From Squalus acanthias (taxonomy: Eukaryota): DNA of 64,000 nt. The stretch covers positions 175,648,001-175,712,000 of the forward strand of contig CM059425.1 of assembly GCA_030390025.1 (NCBI GenBank), read 5' to 3'. Below are positions 1-13,178 of this stretch, one piece after another. The position numbers and the translations under genes are program-made. Under the pieces are notes generated by a model, which had not been told where the DNA came from, did not search any database, and was given only the letters and a program-made list of their open reading frames with translations. The stretch's first letter is position 1. Every line of letters begins with the position of its first letter.

Positions 1-435
1 AGAAGGACGAGGAGGGATAGTTTACCTTTGTCACAGTCACAAAGGATGTCATTTGTGAATTTGATGAGAGCCGTTTCGGTACTGTGGCAGGGACAGAAAC
101 CTGATTGGAGGGATTCAAACATGGCGTTACAGGAAAGATGGGCACGGATTTGAGAGGCAACAACACGTTCAAGGACTTTGAAGAGGAAAGGGTGGTTGGA
201 GATGGGGCGGTAGTTTGCAAGGATGGAGGGGTCAAGGGTTGCTTTTTTGAGGAGATGGGTGATGACAGCAGATTTGAAGGTGAGGGGGACAGTACCTGAG
301 GAGAGAGAACCATTAACAATGTCAGCTAACATGGGAGCCAGAAAAGGAAGTTGGGTGGTCAGCAGTTTGGTGGGAATAGACTCGAGGGAACATGAAGTGG
401 GTCTCATGGACAAGGTGAGTGTGGAGAGGTCATGA
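1..435 (-). mobile_element. L2 LINE RT fragment (degenerate, truncated by window edge)
   Basis: Reverse strand reads as L2-type RT (…PSLANYRPIS-like, …HSTETAL… motifs) with disablements. Confidence 0.7.
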
Positions 436-479
436 GGGGAGATCAGAGAGAAACTGGAGAAAGATGTGAGTTCGGGGCC

Positions 480-1975
480 ACTGACATTGCACGTATTTTA
501 GAGGCTAGGATAGAGGAGGGATCTGCACATAGTGTGACACTGGGCACAAGTGTGGAGGAACCAGGGCGAGGGGAAAGGTTAGCGTAAGTGCCAGCTCTCC
601 GGACGGCGAGCTTGCACACTAGTTCTGCTGCAGAGGAGTCAGTTGAGGACTTCGATGGCCCAGTCTACAGAAGAAGGCTGATGGGTGGACACAACCAAAT
701 GCCGGGTGTACACAACCAAATGCTGGGTGTACACAACCAAATGCTTCTGCACTGGAAAGCCTGCCAGAAAGCCTGCGCACAATGTCAAGGAGCATGGAGG
801 AGTCTAGCACCAACTTGGCACAGGACTTTGTGCAGAACTTGGAGCCCATCCTTTCCAACATGGAACGGGTGGTCACCTCCAGCAGCACACCTGTGGAACC
901 CAGCATGATGCGACATCTGATGGCCGATGTCACAGCTTCCATTGCAGCACAAACAACTTCCATTGCGGCAGAAATAGCTTCCATCCAAGGTCTCAGTTCT
1001 GCAGTGGAAGCTCAGACTGCTACCTTGCAAGCTCAGACTGCTGCCATCATGGCTTTGGATATCACTGTTCAAAGCAGCTTCCAGGGCATCACAGCAGACC
1101 ATCAATCTCTTCTCTAACAGATCGCTAGGATTGCTGAGGTACCGCTCCGGGAGAGTGTCAGTGGCTCCATGGAACCGGCTTTCATCTCTCAGGACGACAG
1201 CATTTGTGTTCCCACCCCTGCCACTCCAACAGTGCCCTTGCTGTTGGCTGTCAGCCAGCCTTCCCAGACTGCTGCAGCCCAGGCCGAAATGGTGAAGACT
1301 GAAGCTGGACCTTCTAGGCCCAGAGCTGCTCGAGATTACCCTCCAAGACCATCAGCAGCCTCCTCAATTGGAGGTCAGCAGCCTTCCACCACCCATGCTG
1401 CAGCCACTGGGGAAGCACCTCGTAGGAGCACTAGGAGAGGCAAAGGCAGACGGAAGACAGGCACTAAGAGAATGCAAAAGGGAAATTAGTTTATTTTTGT
1501 ATGGTTATGATTGAATTTATAAATTTGGATTGGAATGTGCATTTTCTGGTGCTTTTTATTTTTGTGTTATTGGAAAGAGGACGATGTGATGGTCATTGAT
1601 AGAGGAAAGGTAAGGAGCATGGGACTATTGGTGAATGGGGAGGTATGGTTGAAGTTACTAGTATTGTCATTAATTATTTCATCATGTAGAGTCCAGGCAG
1701 AAAGGGGCTGTCTATGTTGTAGCCTCCCTTCTTCTTCCTGTTCCTCCACTTCCTGTTGCACTTCCTCCTCCTCCTCTACTTTCTCCTCCTCCTCTTCCTT
1801 GTGCTCCTGCTCCTCAGCTTCTCGCCTGATAGGTGGTGGCAAGGACTGTTCCCTCATAATGGCAACGTTGCGCAGCATGCAGCATACTACCACAAATCTT
1901 GATACTCGCTCAGCTGAGTACTGCAGGGCTCCACCAGAGCAGTCCAGGCAGCGGAAGCGCTGCTTGAGGTCGCAG
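480..1975. mobile_element. PIF/Harbinger transposon fragment H1: 3' exon of Myb/SANT gene (+, ~588-1489) convergent with transposase C-terminus (-, ~1660-1975)
   Basis: Myb-gene tail 'AGPSRPRAAR…ATGEAPRRSTRRGKG' resembles 17511-17846 and 7705-7900; minus strand gives 'LKQRFRCLDCSGGALQYS…VVCCMLRN' plus acidic tail as in 18101-18361. Confidence 0.8.
683..745 (+). repeat. 3 x 21-bp tandem repeat (GGGTGTACACAACCAAATGCT) in the Harbinger Myb-gene remnant
   Basis: Three near-identical units, in frame as GVHNQML. Confidence 0.9.
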
Positions 1976-2210
1976 CAGTGGTAGCACAGTGATTATGTTA
2001 CTGGACTAGCAATCCAGAGGCCTGGCCAAATGATCCTGAGACATGAGTTAAATCCCACAATGGCAGCTGTAGAATTTAAATTCAGTAATCTGGAATAAAA
2101 CGCTAGTGTCAGTAATGGACTATGAAACTACCAGATTGTCATAAAAACCCATCTGGTTCACTAATGTCCTTCAGGGAAGGAAATTTGCCACCCTGGTCTG
2201 GCCTATATTT

Positions 2211-2406
2211 ATCCCTCAACCAACATAACAAAAACAGATTATCTGGTCATTATCACATTGCTGTTTGTGGGAGCTTGCTGTGTGCAAATTGGCTGCCGCG
2301 TTTCCACACCACATTACAACAGTGACTACACTTCAAAAGTACTTTATTGGCTGTAAAGCGCTTTGAGACGTCCGGTGGTCATGAAAGGCGCTATAGATAT
2401 AGCTTT
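2211..2406 (+). mobile_element. 3' part of L2-dependent (Deu/SacSINE-like) SINE
   Basis: 'cattgctgtttgtgggagcttgctgtgtgcaaattggctgccgcg…ctgtaaagcgctttgagacgtcc' tail; flanked by TATATTT at 2204-2210 and 2407-2413. Confidence 0.65.
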
Positions 2407-4300
2407 TATATTTGACTCCAGACCCACAGCAATGTGATTGACTCTTCACTGCCCTCTGAAATGGCCTTGCAAGCCGATCAGTTGTATCAAACCGCAAGGA
2501 AAAACAGTAAGTATAAAACTGGAAGGAAAACCCAGCATCGACCTCAGCACCGGCTTCGTACACGACAATGGCACACCCAGCCCGGTCAACCCTGCAAAGT
2601 CCTCCTCACTAACATCTGGGGACTTGTGCCAAAATTGGGAGAGCTGTCCCACAGACTAGTCAAGCAACAGCCTGACATAGTCATACTCACAGAATCATAC
2701 CTTTCAGCCAACGTCCCAGACTCCTCCATCACTATCCTTGGGTATGTTCCTGTCCCACTGGCAGGACAGACCCACCAGAGGTGGTGGCACATTTGTATAC
2801 AGTTTGGAAGGAGTGTCCCTGGGCATCCTCAACACTGACTCCAGACCCCATAAAGTCTCATGGCTACAGTTCAAACATGGGCAAGGAAATCTCTTGCTGA
2901 TTACCACCTACCGCCCTCCCTTAGCTGATGAATCAGTACTCCTCCATGTTAAACACCACTTGGAAGAAGCACTGACGGTAGTAAGGGCACAGAATATACT
3001 TTGGCTGGGGGACTTCAATGTCTATCCAAGAGTGGCTCCGTAACATCACTACTGACTGAGCTGGCCAAGTACTGAAGGACATAGCTGCCAGACTGGACCT
3101 GTGGCAGATAGCGAGAGAACCAACACGAGGGAAAAACCTACTTGACCTCGTTTTCACCGATCTACCTGTCGCAGATGCATCTTTCCATGTCAGTATTGGT
3201 AGGAGTGACCACCGCACAGTCCTCGTGGAGACGAGGACACCCTCCATCGTGTTGTGTAGCACTACCACCTTCCTTAATGGGATAGATTCAGAAAAGATCT
3301 AGTAGCTCAATACTGGACATCCATGAGATGTTGTGGGCCATAAGCAGCAGCAGAATTGTATTCCACCACAATCTGTAACCACATGGCGTGGCATAGCCCT
3401 CATTCTACCATTACCATCAAGCCAGGGGACCAACTCTGGTTCAATGTGGAGTGTAGAAGAGCATGCCAGGAGCAGCACCAGGTGTACCTAAAAATGAGGT
3501 GGCAACCCGGTGAATCTACAACAGAGGACCACATGCATGCTAAACAGCGGAAGCAGCATGCTATAGACAGAGCTAAATGATCCCACAACCAACGGATCAC
3601 TTCAAAGCTCTGCAGTCCTGCCATATCCAGTTGTGAATGGTGGTAGACAATTAAACAACTAACGGGAGGAGGAGGCTCCATGAACATCCCCATCCTCAGT
3701 GATGGTGGAGCCCAGCACACGAGTGCAAAAGACAAGGCTGAAGCGTTTGCAACCAAATTCAGCCAGAAGTGTCGAGTGGATGATCCATTTGGCCTCCTCC
3801 TGAGGTCCCCACCATCACAGAAGCCAGTCTTCAGCCAATTTGATTCACTCCACATGATATCAAGAAATGGCTGAACACACTGGATACAGCAAAGGCTATG
3901 GGCCCCGACAATATCCCGGCTGTAGTGCTGAAGACTTTTATTCCAGAACTAGCCGCGCCTCTAACCAAGCTGTTCCAGTACAGCTACAACACTGGCATCT
4001 ATCCGACAATGTGAAAAATTGCCCAGGTATGCCCTGTGCTCAAAAAGTGGGACAAATCCAATCTGGCCAATTACCGTCCCATCAACCTACTCTCAATCAT
4101 CAGCAAAGTGATGGAAGGTGTCGTCAACAGTGCTATCAAGTGGCACTTACTCACCAATAATCTGCTCACCAATGTTCCGCCAGGACCATTCGGCTCCAGA
4201 CCTCATTACAGCCTTGGTCCAAACATGGACAAAAGAGCTGAATTCTAGAGGTGAGGTGAGAGTGACTGCCCTTGACATCAAGGCAGATTTTGACTGAGTG

Positions 4301-5058
4301 TAGACTGCAGGAAAATATCAATGAACTGATCAGGTGGGCAGAAAAGTGGCAAATGGAATTCAATTCGGAGAAGTGTGACCTCAGAGTGCTATCCACAGAT
4401 CCCTGAAGGTAGCAAAACAGGTAGATAAGAAGGTATACGAGATGCTTTCCTTCATTAGCTGAGGCATAGAATATAAGAGCAGAGAGATTGTGCTAGAATT
4501 GTATAAAACACTAGTTTGGCCACTGCTAGAGTACTGTGTACAGTTCTGGTCACCACATTACAGGAAAGATGTGATTGCACTAGAGAGGGTACAGAGCAGA
4601 TTTACGAGGATGTTGCCGGGACTAGAGAAGTTTAGCTATGAAGGAAGATTGGATAGGCTGGGGTTGTTTTCTTTGGAACAGAGGAGGCTGAGGGGAGACT
4701 TAATTGAGTGCATAAAATTATGAGGGGCCTAGATAGAATGGATAGGAAGCACCTATTTCCCATAGCAGAGCTCAATAACCAGGGGGCATAGATTTAAAGT
4801 AATTGGTAGAAGGATTAGAGGGGAGTTGAGGAGAAATTTTTTCACCCAGATGGCAGTGGGGGTCTGAAAGGATGGTAGAGGCATAAACCCTTAACGCATT
4901 TAAAAAGTACTTGGATATGCACTTGAAGTGCCGTAACCTGCAAAGCTACGGGCCAAGAGCTGGAAAGTGGGGTTCGGCTGAATAGCTCTTTTTTGACCGG
5001 TACAGACACGATGGGCTGAATGGTCTCCTTCTGTGCTGTAAATTTCTCTGATTCTATG
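4301..5058 (+). mobile_element. 5'-truncated CR1 LINE nested in family-A LINE
   Basis: '[15 protein letters not shown]…LFSLEQRRLRGDLIE', ATTCT-type tail; host sequence 'gagtgt|atcaaggagccc' rejoins as at ~12037-12056. Confidence 0.9.
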
Positions 5059-7224
5059 ATCAAGGAGCCCTAGTAAAATTGAAGTCAATGGGAATCAGGG
5101 GGACAACTCTCCACTGGCTGGAGTCATACCTAGCACAAAGGAAGATGGTTGTGGTTGTTGGAGGCCAATCATCTCAGCCCCAGGACATCGTGTTCCTTAG
5201 GGCTGTATCCTAGCCCCAACCATCTTCAGCTGCTTCATCAATTACCTTCCCTCCATCATAAGATCTGAAGTGGGGATGTTCGCTGATGATTGCACAGTGT
5301 TCAGTTCCATTCGCTACTCCTCAGATAATGAAGCAGTCCTTGCCCACATGCAGCAGGACCTGGACAACATTCAGGCTTGGGCTGATGTGTGGCACGAATG
5401 TTACTTGCCACTTAAGTGCCGGACAATGACTATCTCCAACAAGAGAGAGTCTAACCACCACCCCTTGACATTCAACAGATTATCATCGCCAAATCCCCCA
5501 CCATCAACATCCTGGGGGTCACCATTGACTAGAAACTTAACTGGACCAGCCACATAAATACGGTGGCTACAAGAGGAGGTCAGAGGTTGGGTATTCTGTT
5601 GCAAGTGACTCACTTCCTAGCCCACTATGCTACCGTTAATTGTTCAACGGTTCAGGTGAACAGCTTGGTTCTCTCGCATGGAAACTGAAACGAATGTTTC
5701 TTGCAGTCACAGTTATTTGCCGAGTACCCTTCGCTGCAGGACCTCCTGGAATGCTGCCATTCTGCTTTGTGGCCCTGGTCCATCCATTTCTCCCCCTGAG
5801 TAGCAGGACAGCTTTAACGGTGATCAGCAGCCTTTAAGAGCTGCCATTGCCAGATAACCCGCCTCATCACTCTGGCACATTATAGTGCACGGTCAGCCAA
5901 GACTCTTGTGGGCGTCCTGCTGGTCCCCATATACTTAAAAAATGAATTGCAGCACCAATGGCAGCCATTTGATCAGATGGGTCTTTTACAGAACTTTAAC
6001 CCGCAGTGGACTAGAAAAGCTGACTGACTTCTGTTGATGAAATTTCAACTAAGCTCTTTTCCATTGTGTTACACTTACTTATTTGGACAGAATTCAAATT
6101 CAAATTGACTTGATACTATAGTACACCCTTGTGTAATGTAATGTATAGTTTAAATGTACCTAAATTGCTTCATATTTCTTGTGGCATGCTTGATCTTTGC
6201 TCCATATTCAATCAAAATGAGATAATATTTTATGGATAAAATGCAGTATCAGTTAATTCACACTGAACTTGAATTAAAATTGTCGCTGTGAACAGAAACT
6301 GAGCCATGACCAATGGCATTTTAAACTTCACAGCAGATTTTAGTCTCCTTAGAAAGAGAAATTACTAACAACCTATATCCTTGCAGAGGTTTTGTTGCTT
6401 AACAAGTGTTTTTTCTGCTTCCTGTTAAGATGTGGCCGATTAAACTGGCATCTCCCTGTAATGAGATCACAGTCCCTAGATATTTCATTACTTTCTTTTC
6501 TTAAAGCAGTTTATCTTTCTTGCCTATGTTGGGATGTGAAGAACAACTTGATGTTTTCCGTTACTTGATTAAATCTAAAAGCTCCTTGAATAAATGTTTT
6601 GCTTTGAATTTGTAAAGTCTTTTCTAGCAAAGCTGTATGTCACATTTATCAAAAAATGGTTTACAAAGCAGTTCTTTGGAGCGGGGCAAGGGGCTAAGGA
6701 CAACGGGCTCGATTTTGCCAGGCCCGAGGAGGCGGGATTGGAGGTGTGTGAGGTGTTAAAACCGCAAAAACTGGCGGGCGGGCCCGATCCCGCCTCCGAG
6801 CAATTTTCCCACACTGCGAGTTTTCTGACCCCGTCTCCATCCCACCTCCAAGAGGCGGGATAGGCCCTTAAGGCCCTTAACAACCAGTTAAGTGCCTTTA
6901 TAATCCCATTTTGAGAGGCCTTTCTGATTTTAACACTTTTCCCACGTGCTTCACGCCTCCTCTGAAACACGCCAGTGAAACCTGGCGGCAGCACAAGTGG
7001 AATGCTTACTAACAGCTGCAGCTCCACCATTAAAAAGAAGTTTTCAGCAATCTTCATTTGCAGGTGGCAGAACTTTGTTGTCTCAGGTCTGGGGGAACTT
7101 TTAGCAGGCATACCCATTGTTGTGGAAGTTTGGAGCCTGACACCCATCTCCAGTGTGACCTCCTGGGAAACCCCTCTCGCCACCTTGACTGAGCGCTTCC
7201 TCAACTGAGGTATATACCAGAAGC

Positions 7225-7446
7225 ATGGGAACCATTTATTTCCTTTCCTCCTGGACATCAGATTCTGACGAAGACCAGCCGTGGCAGCAGCAGAACCATG
7301 AACAACAGCACCAACAGCAGCAGCAGCATCAACAGGAGTGCCAAGCTGCTGCTCACCCACCTGAAGCTGCACAGGCCAGAAGGCGCCTGCGCGCGACCAC
7401 ATTGCTGCCCGGGATGCAAGGGACGCACTTGACCAGATTTGCTTAG
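7225..7446 (+). pseudogene. Harbinger transposase remnant: Q-rich N-terminus fused to extreme C-terminus
   Basis: Start resembles the Q/H-rich N-terminal region at 30624-30740; end 'attgctgcccgggatgcaagggacgc' resembles 31766-31790; DDE core absent. Confidence 0.65.
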
Positions 7447-7704
7447 CCTGCACAATCAAACACTTTTGCCTCGCACCTTCTTATCAGACCATCGACAATG
7501 GCCAAGATCCTACGGATTCCTATCACTCTGACCACCATACTGACAATTGCAAGTCATCCTAAGCCCTCAATGTGGAAGTCCCATTTGCGAAATGACAGAC
7601 ACCACAACTTCAGCAGTTTGCCAGCAGAATTTTTTATCACACCAAGCAAGTGCTGGCATTTCAAGATTAAACACAACATTACACCCAAGCGACTACCCTT
7701 GTGA

Positions 7705-9631
7705 CTACTTGTGCATTATTTTTCTTTTACGCGTGCTCCTACGTGGTGGTTCCCCTGTGGCTTCAGCAGATGTGGAGGCCCGTTGCTCACTTTCTTGCTG
7801 CTCCTGCCTCGACACCTTTGGCGGGCGTCCTCTGGGGTTGCGAGCCTGTGAGGGCTCAGCAACAGTCTGCTGCTCCTGCGGCTGTGCAGGGGTTGAGACG
7901 CCGATCTCAGTTGGGTGGGGACTCTGGTGGGGCTCTGACCGAGGGCTCTGCAGTGGCATGGAAGTGTGAGCGCTTGGAGAGGAGCCCCCACTTCCTTGAT
8001 GTCTGCCACCAACTTCCCTCTCATGGGTCAGGTCCACCTCAGCACTTGCAAGTGGCTTGAGAGCACCTTGCTGCACATCAGGGGGGCTATGGGGACCCGT
8101 CTCTGCACTGGCAGTCCTACTCAGAAGGACTTCCATGAAGCTCTGGTTTCTCTGTTCAATAGCTGACCATCGCTCTTCCAGAGATGTCAGTCTATTCTGA
8201 ACACTCACCATGTTTTCCTCACTCCGGCGACTTACTGCCTCCATGGCCGTAGCCAGCCTTTCCACGGAGGTTGCCATCCTTTCCGTGGTGCTGCGTTCAT
8301 GCACCAATGCCTCCACAAAGGCTCTGCTCATGTTAGCGAGGGACTCCTCCATTCGCTCCACACTCGCAGCTACCCTAGAGACAAAACCTGTTCCTGGAGT
8401 TCCAGCACCGCTGTTCTTCTGGATGGTCCCGGAGGCACAGGGTCGACATGCAGCTGACCCGAGCTGGCAGAGTCCTGCGCCCTCCAATGAGGACTCTCCA
8501 CTGCTGTCCCTGTCTCCACCATCTGCTGATGCTCACTTGTGAGCTGTGATACACCAGGTGACAACACTACTCTATCTCGTGAGGGTCCCACCGAGGTGTG
8601 AGTGTCTGCGCTGGTGCTGGGTGCTCTGAATTCTGCTGATGCTGCGCCCTCAGAGGTTGGAGCTTCCTCTGAGGAGTGTGGAAGCTCAGGCTCTTCCTCC
8701 TGGACAGTGGGGACGGGGGCTTTGGATGGTCCTGTGGGGGAGTAAAGGAAAGAGTTAGAGATGTGAGGTCATGGTTACATGAACATTGAATAGTGCAGAT
8801 GATCATAAGTCAATCAGTTAGAGCTTCAGCTTCATTATCAGTGACTCATGCAATGTCAATGAGAGAGATGCCAAACTATTCTGTCACCAGCTTGCTGTGA
8901 TGCACCCATCTGTCCGTCCCCCACTTGCGCATCCTCCTCCACTCCCACAATCTCCAGGGCTGCCTCCTCTGCAGGGGTGAGCTGGGCTACTGAGGGTGGC
9001 CCTCCTCCTGTCCTTGCCCTCTCCCTCTTATTGTGGGCTCTCTTTTCCTGCAAAGAGGGACACAAGTGGAGTTTGAGTGAAAATGAAGGAGTGAGTGTAG
9101 AGATTCCATAGCATAGATGCTTAGAAGGAGACAAAGATGGATTGAGGTGCCAGGATCCAAGGGCCCTCCCTGTGTGTTGTAAGTTATTGTCATAGCATCA
9201 CAGCAATAGAAAGTGTGAGGGCTGCATAGTCGAATAGCTAAGTGAATGTGAACATACAGAGAGAGGGAATGGGTAAGGGTGCAGGGATGTCAGTGTCAAG
9301 TGGGATGTGGAGGAAGAGGTTGGCAAAGCAGAATGCTGGTGAGGAGAGGCGATGGGGATCAGATTGAGGGTGATGGGAAAGTCATACTCACTTTTCCAGT
9401 GCGCAGAAGGTCATGAAACCTCTTCCTGCACTGCAGCCAGGTTCTGCGGCACATAGACAGAGAATTGACCTCCTGGGCCACTTGCATCCACACAGCTTTA
9501 GTCTGCTGAGGAGGCTTTTTCCTCCCCGAGGAAGGGAAGAGCACCTCCTTATTGGATCTGGCTCCCTCCACCAGAGCTTGGAGGACGGCTTCATCAAAGC
9601 GTGGAGCAGACTTTGGCCTGCTGCTGGACAT
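7705..9631 (-). pseudogene. Harbinger Myb/SANT (trihelix-like) DNA-binding gene, 3 exons (9631-9392, 9047-8888, 8731-7705), frameshifted near 8375
   Basis: 'PRFDEAVLQALV…W…RTWLQCRKRFHDL', 'RARTGGGP…LTPAEE'; GT-AG junctions with phases 0 and 1 that keep the frame. Confidence 0.85.
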
Positions 9632-11086
9632 TGTTGCTGAAATAAGGGCTTACAGCAATGGGCATGAAGTTTGTAGTCTGCAGAAGAAGCAAGGCTGCTT
9701 GCAGGCCTTAAATCCAGCAGCATTGATGACATCATCGGAGGCGACTTTCAGGATGGAAAGATTAATTGGGCCAGGGGTTCCCACACACTGGAAATCAAGT
9801 GTCCAACTGGGGGAAAATCGCAATTTTTTCCCACATCTCATTGGAGTCGGGTGGCTAACACGAAAACCAGCTGACACGCCCCCAGCCCACCCCAATGGCA
9901 AAATCGAGCCCAACATGTTTGAAAGAATTTAAAAAGGTATGGGGTAAAAGCAGGATACTGGGATTAAGTGGATTATTCTTTCAGAGACCTCGCACAGGCA
10001 CGAGGAACAAACTGGCCTTTTGTGCTATAAAATTCTATGAAGCTTTCTTGTCCAAGAGATGTCCTTGAACTCTTCTCACCGTACTCAATGCTGTGAACGG
10101 ACTGTTGTTTGTACACCCGAATGATTAGCTTGCACCATAGCAGAGATGCCAACCTTTAAATATTGAAATCTGTGAGATAGCTTCTTTAAAACTTGCTGGG
10201 ATCGGGTGCCCGCCCGGGGACCCCAGCGGTGTCTAGGAGCAGAGTCCCGGTGGGGATCCAGGAGGCCATGACCCCAGCTGCTCAAGGGGGGTGGGTGGGG
10301 TAAAGTGGGTGCAACAGGTCCGGTGGGGGAGGAAAATGTGTCAGGAGCTGAAAATGCTGGGTCTTTGCCCAGAAAAGTAATGCTACCGAACTGCCACCTG
10401 CCCCATACAAGGCCCCTGACATGGCAAGGAAGCGGGGCTGGCGGGAGGACTTCCCTCACCACTTTCCCATAGATCCTGCCTCCTTTGTAGCCAGTCATCT
10501 GGATGCCAGTATCCTTATGGGGTGGAAGTGGGGCTCACTGGGGTCTCCAAGTCAGGATCATAAATGGAAGGCCCCAGAATTGACTTCTAGTTTGTTTTGA
10601 TTGACCCTCTTACAAGGAGATAGTGGGTGGGTGGGTGGGGAGGGGGAGTGGGGGGCAAAGCTGCACCTTTTGAGGGTTGCCTGCCAACAACACCCCAATG
10701 TGGTCTCCAGCACAGCATCTTCTGTTCCCCCTTATTTGGCACCCAAGATGCCCTGACAGTGGTGGGGGCACCCAACGCAATTATTTAAGTCAGATGATTC
10801 CACCTTGATGCTGGATACTCACTCCAGCAGGATCAGGAGTGGGGCTCAGCCGGTGCAGAGAGCCTGAGGATTTCTGGGCCTATGTCTTTACCTGGCCAAT
10901 GTCTACGTAAACAATAATGAGACCCAGGGTTCAGACAACCCTTGCCAATGTACTCCGGCTCACTAGAATGCACCAGGTGATGCCACGTGATTCTACTTGT
11001 CTTCAGAGGGTGGATTGAATATTCAGTTTGTCAGACTGAGGCTCGGGATGTAAACATTTATTTAACACAGAACTGGTCATTGAATA

Positions 11087-13178
11087 ATGCAAACAACAAT
11101 CTGTAACCTCATGGCCTGGCATATCCCTCACTCTACCATTACCACCAAGCCAGGGGACCAACCCTGGTTCAACAACGAGTGTAGAAGAGTATGCCAGGAG
11201 CAGCACCAGGCGTACCTAAAAATGAGGTGCCAACCTGGGGAAGCTGCAACACAGGACTACATGCATGCTAAAAAGCGGAAGCAGCATGCTATAGACAGGG
11301 CTAAGCGATCCCACAATCAACGGATCAGATCAAAGCTCTGCAGTCCTGCCACATCCAGTCGTGAATGGTGGTGGACCATTAAACAACTAACGAGAGGAGG
11401 AGGCTCCAAGAATATCCCCATCCTCAATGATGGTGGAGCCCAGCACGTGAGTGCAAAAGACAAGGCTGAAGCGTTTGCAACCAACATCAGCCAGAAGTGC
11501 CGAGTGGATGATCCATATCGGCCTACTCCCAAGGTCCCCACCATCACAGAAGCCATTCTTCAGCCAATTCGATTCACTCCACGTGATATTAAGAAACGGC
11601 TGAGCACACTGGATACAGCAAAGGCTATGGGCCCTGACAACATCCCGGCTATCGTGCTGAAGATTTGTGCTCCAGAACTAGCCGCGCCTCTAGCCAAGCT
11701 GTTCCAGTACAGCTACAACAGTGGCATCCATCCGACAATGTGGAAAACTGCTCAGATATGTCCTGTCCACAAAAAGCAGGACAAATCCAACCCGGTCAAT
11801 TACCGCCCCATCAGTCTACTCTCAATCATCAGCAAAGTGATGGAAGGTGTTGTCGACAGTGCTATTAAGCGGCACTTACTCACCAATAACCTGCTCACTG
11901 ATGCCCAGTTTGGGTTCCGCCAAGACCACTCGGCTCCTGACCTCATTACAGCCTTGGTCCAAACATGGACAAAGGAGCTGAATTCCAGAGATGAGGTGAG
12001 AGTGATTGCCCTTGATATCAAGGCAGCATTTGACCGAGTGTGGCATCAAGGAGCCCTAGTAAAACTGAAGTCAATGGGAATCAGGGGGAAAACGCTCCAC
12101 TGGCTGGAGTCATACCTAGCACAAAGGAAGATGGTTATGGTGGTTGAAGGTCAATCATCCCAGCCCTAGGACATCGCTGCAGGAGTTCCTCAGGGCAGTG
12201 TCCTAGGCCCAACCATATTCAGCTGCTTCATCAATGACCTTCCCTCTAACATAAGGTCAGAAATGGGGATGTTCGCTGATGACTGCACAGTGTTCAGCGC
12301 CATTCGCAACTCCACAGATAATGAAGCAGTCCATGCCCGCATGCAACAAGACCTGGACGACATTCAGGCTTGGGCTGATAAGTGGCAGGTAACATTCGCA
12401 CCACTGAAGTGCCAGGCAATGACTATCTCCAACAAGCGAGAGTCTAACCACCTCCCCTTGACATTCAATGGCATTACCATCGCTGAATCCCCCACTATCA
12501 ACATCATGGGGGTCACCATTAACCAGAAACTTAACTGGACCAGCCACATAAATACTGTGGCAACAAGAGCAGGTCAGAGGCTAGGTATTCTGCGGCGAGT
12601 GTCTCACCTCCTGACTCCCCAAAGCCTTTCCACCATCTACAAGGCACAAGTAAGGAGTGTGATGGGATACTCTCCACTTACCTGGATGAGTGCAGCTCCA
12701 ACAACACTCAAGAATCTCAACACCATCCAGGACAAAGCAGCCGGCTTGATTGGCACCCCATCCACCACCTTAAACATTCACTCCCTCCACCACTGGCGTA
12801 CCGTGGCTGCAGTGTGTACCATCTACAAGATGCACTGCAGCAACTCGCCAAGGCTTCTTCGGCAGCACCTCCCAAACCCGCGACCTCTTCCACCTCGAAG
12901 GACAAGGGCAGCAGGCACATGGGAACACCACCACCTCCAAGTTCCCCTCCAAGCCGCACACCATCCTGACTTAGAAGTATATCGCCGTTCCTTCATCGTC
13001 ACTGGGTCAAAATCCTGGAACTCCCTCCCTAACAGCACTGTGGGAGTGCCATCACCACACGGACTGCAGTGGTTCAAGAAGGCGGCTCACCACCACCTTC
13101 TCAAGGGCAACTAGGGATGGGCAATAAATGCTGGCATTGCCAGCGACGCCCTGATCCCATAAACGAATAAAAAAAAAA
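11087..13178 (+). mobile_element. 5'-truncated family-A LINE; RT ORF interrupted by a single in-frame TAG (12167-12169); A-rich tail
   Basis: ORFs 11087-12169 and 12263-13114 are in one frame; 'LDIKAAFDRVWH', '[10 protein letters not shown]', 'FADD'. Confidence 0.93.

Larger units (their letters stand above)
1975..5620 (+). mobile_element. Degenerate CR1/Jockey-group LINE ('family A') with tRNA-like 5' head, APE endonuclease and RT; 3' truncated; hosts two nested insertions
   Basis: APE motifs 'PDIVILTES', 'DRPTRGGG', 'LGDFN'; RT 'NYRPINLL', 'MFADD'; colinear with the better copy at 11087-13178. Confidence 0.85.
6705..9911. mobile_element. Complete non-autonomous PIF/Harbinger transposon H2 (Myb gene retained, transposase internally deleted)
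   Basis: Perfect 16-bp TIRs GGGCTCGATTTTGCCA (6705-6720, 9896-9911); 3-bp TSD AAC; Myb/SANT gene on minus strand. Confidence 0.92.

Noticed and set aside
6575..7459. 294-aa minus-strand ORF
   Set aside because: Crosses the H2 TIR boundary, is antisense to the transposase remnant, and has no recognisable domain
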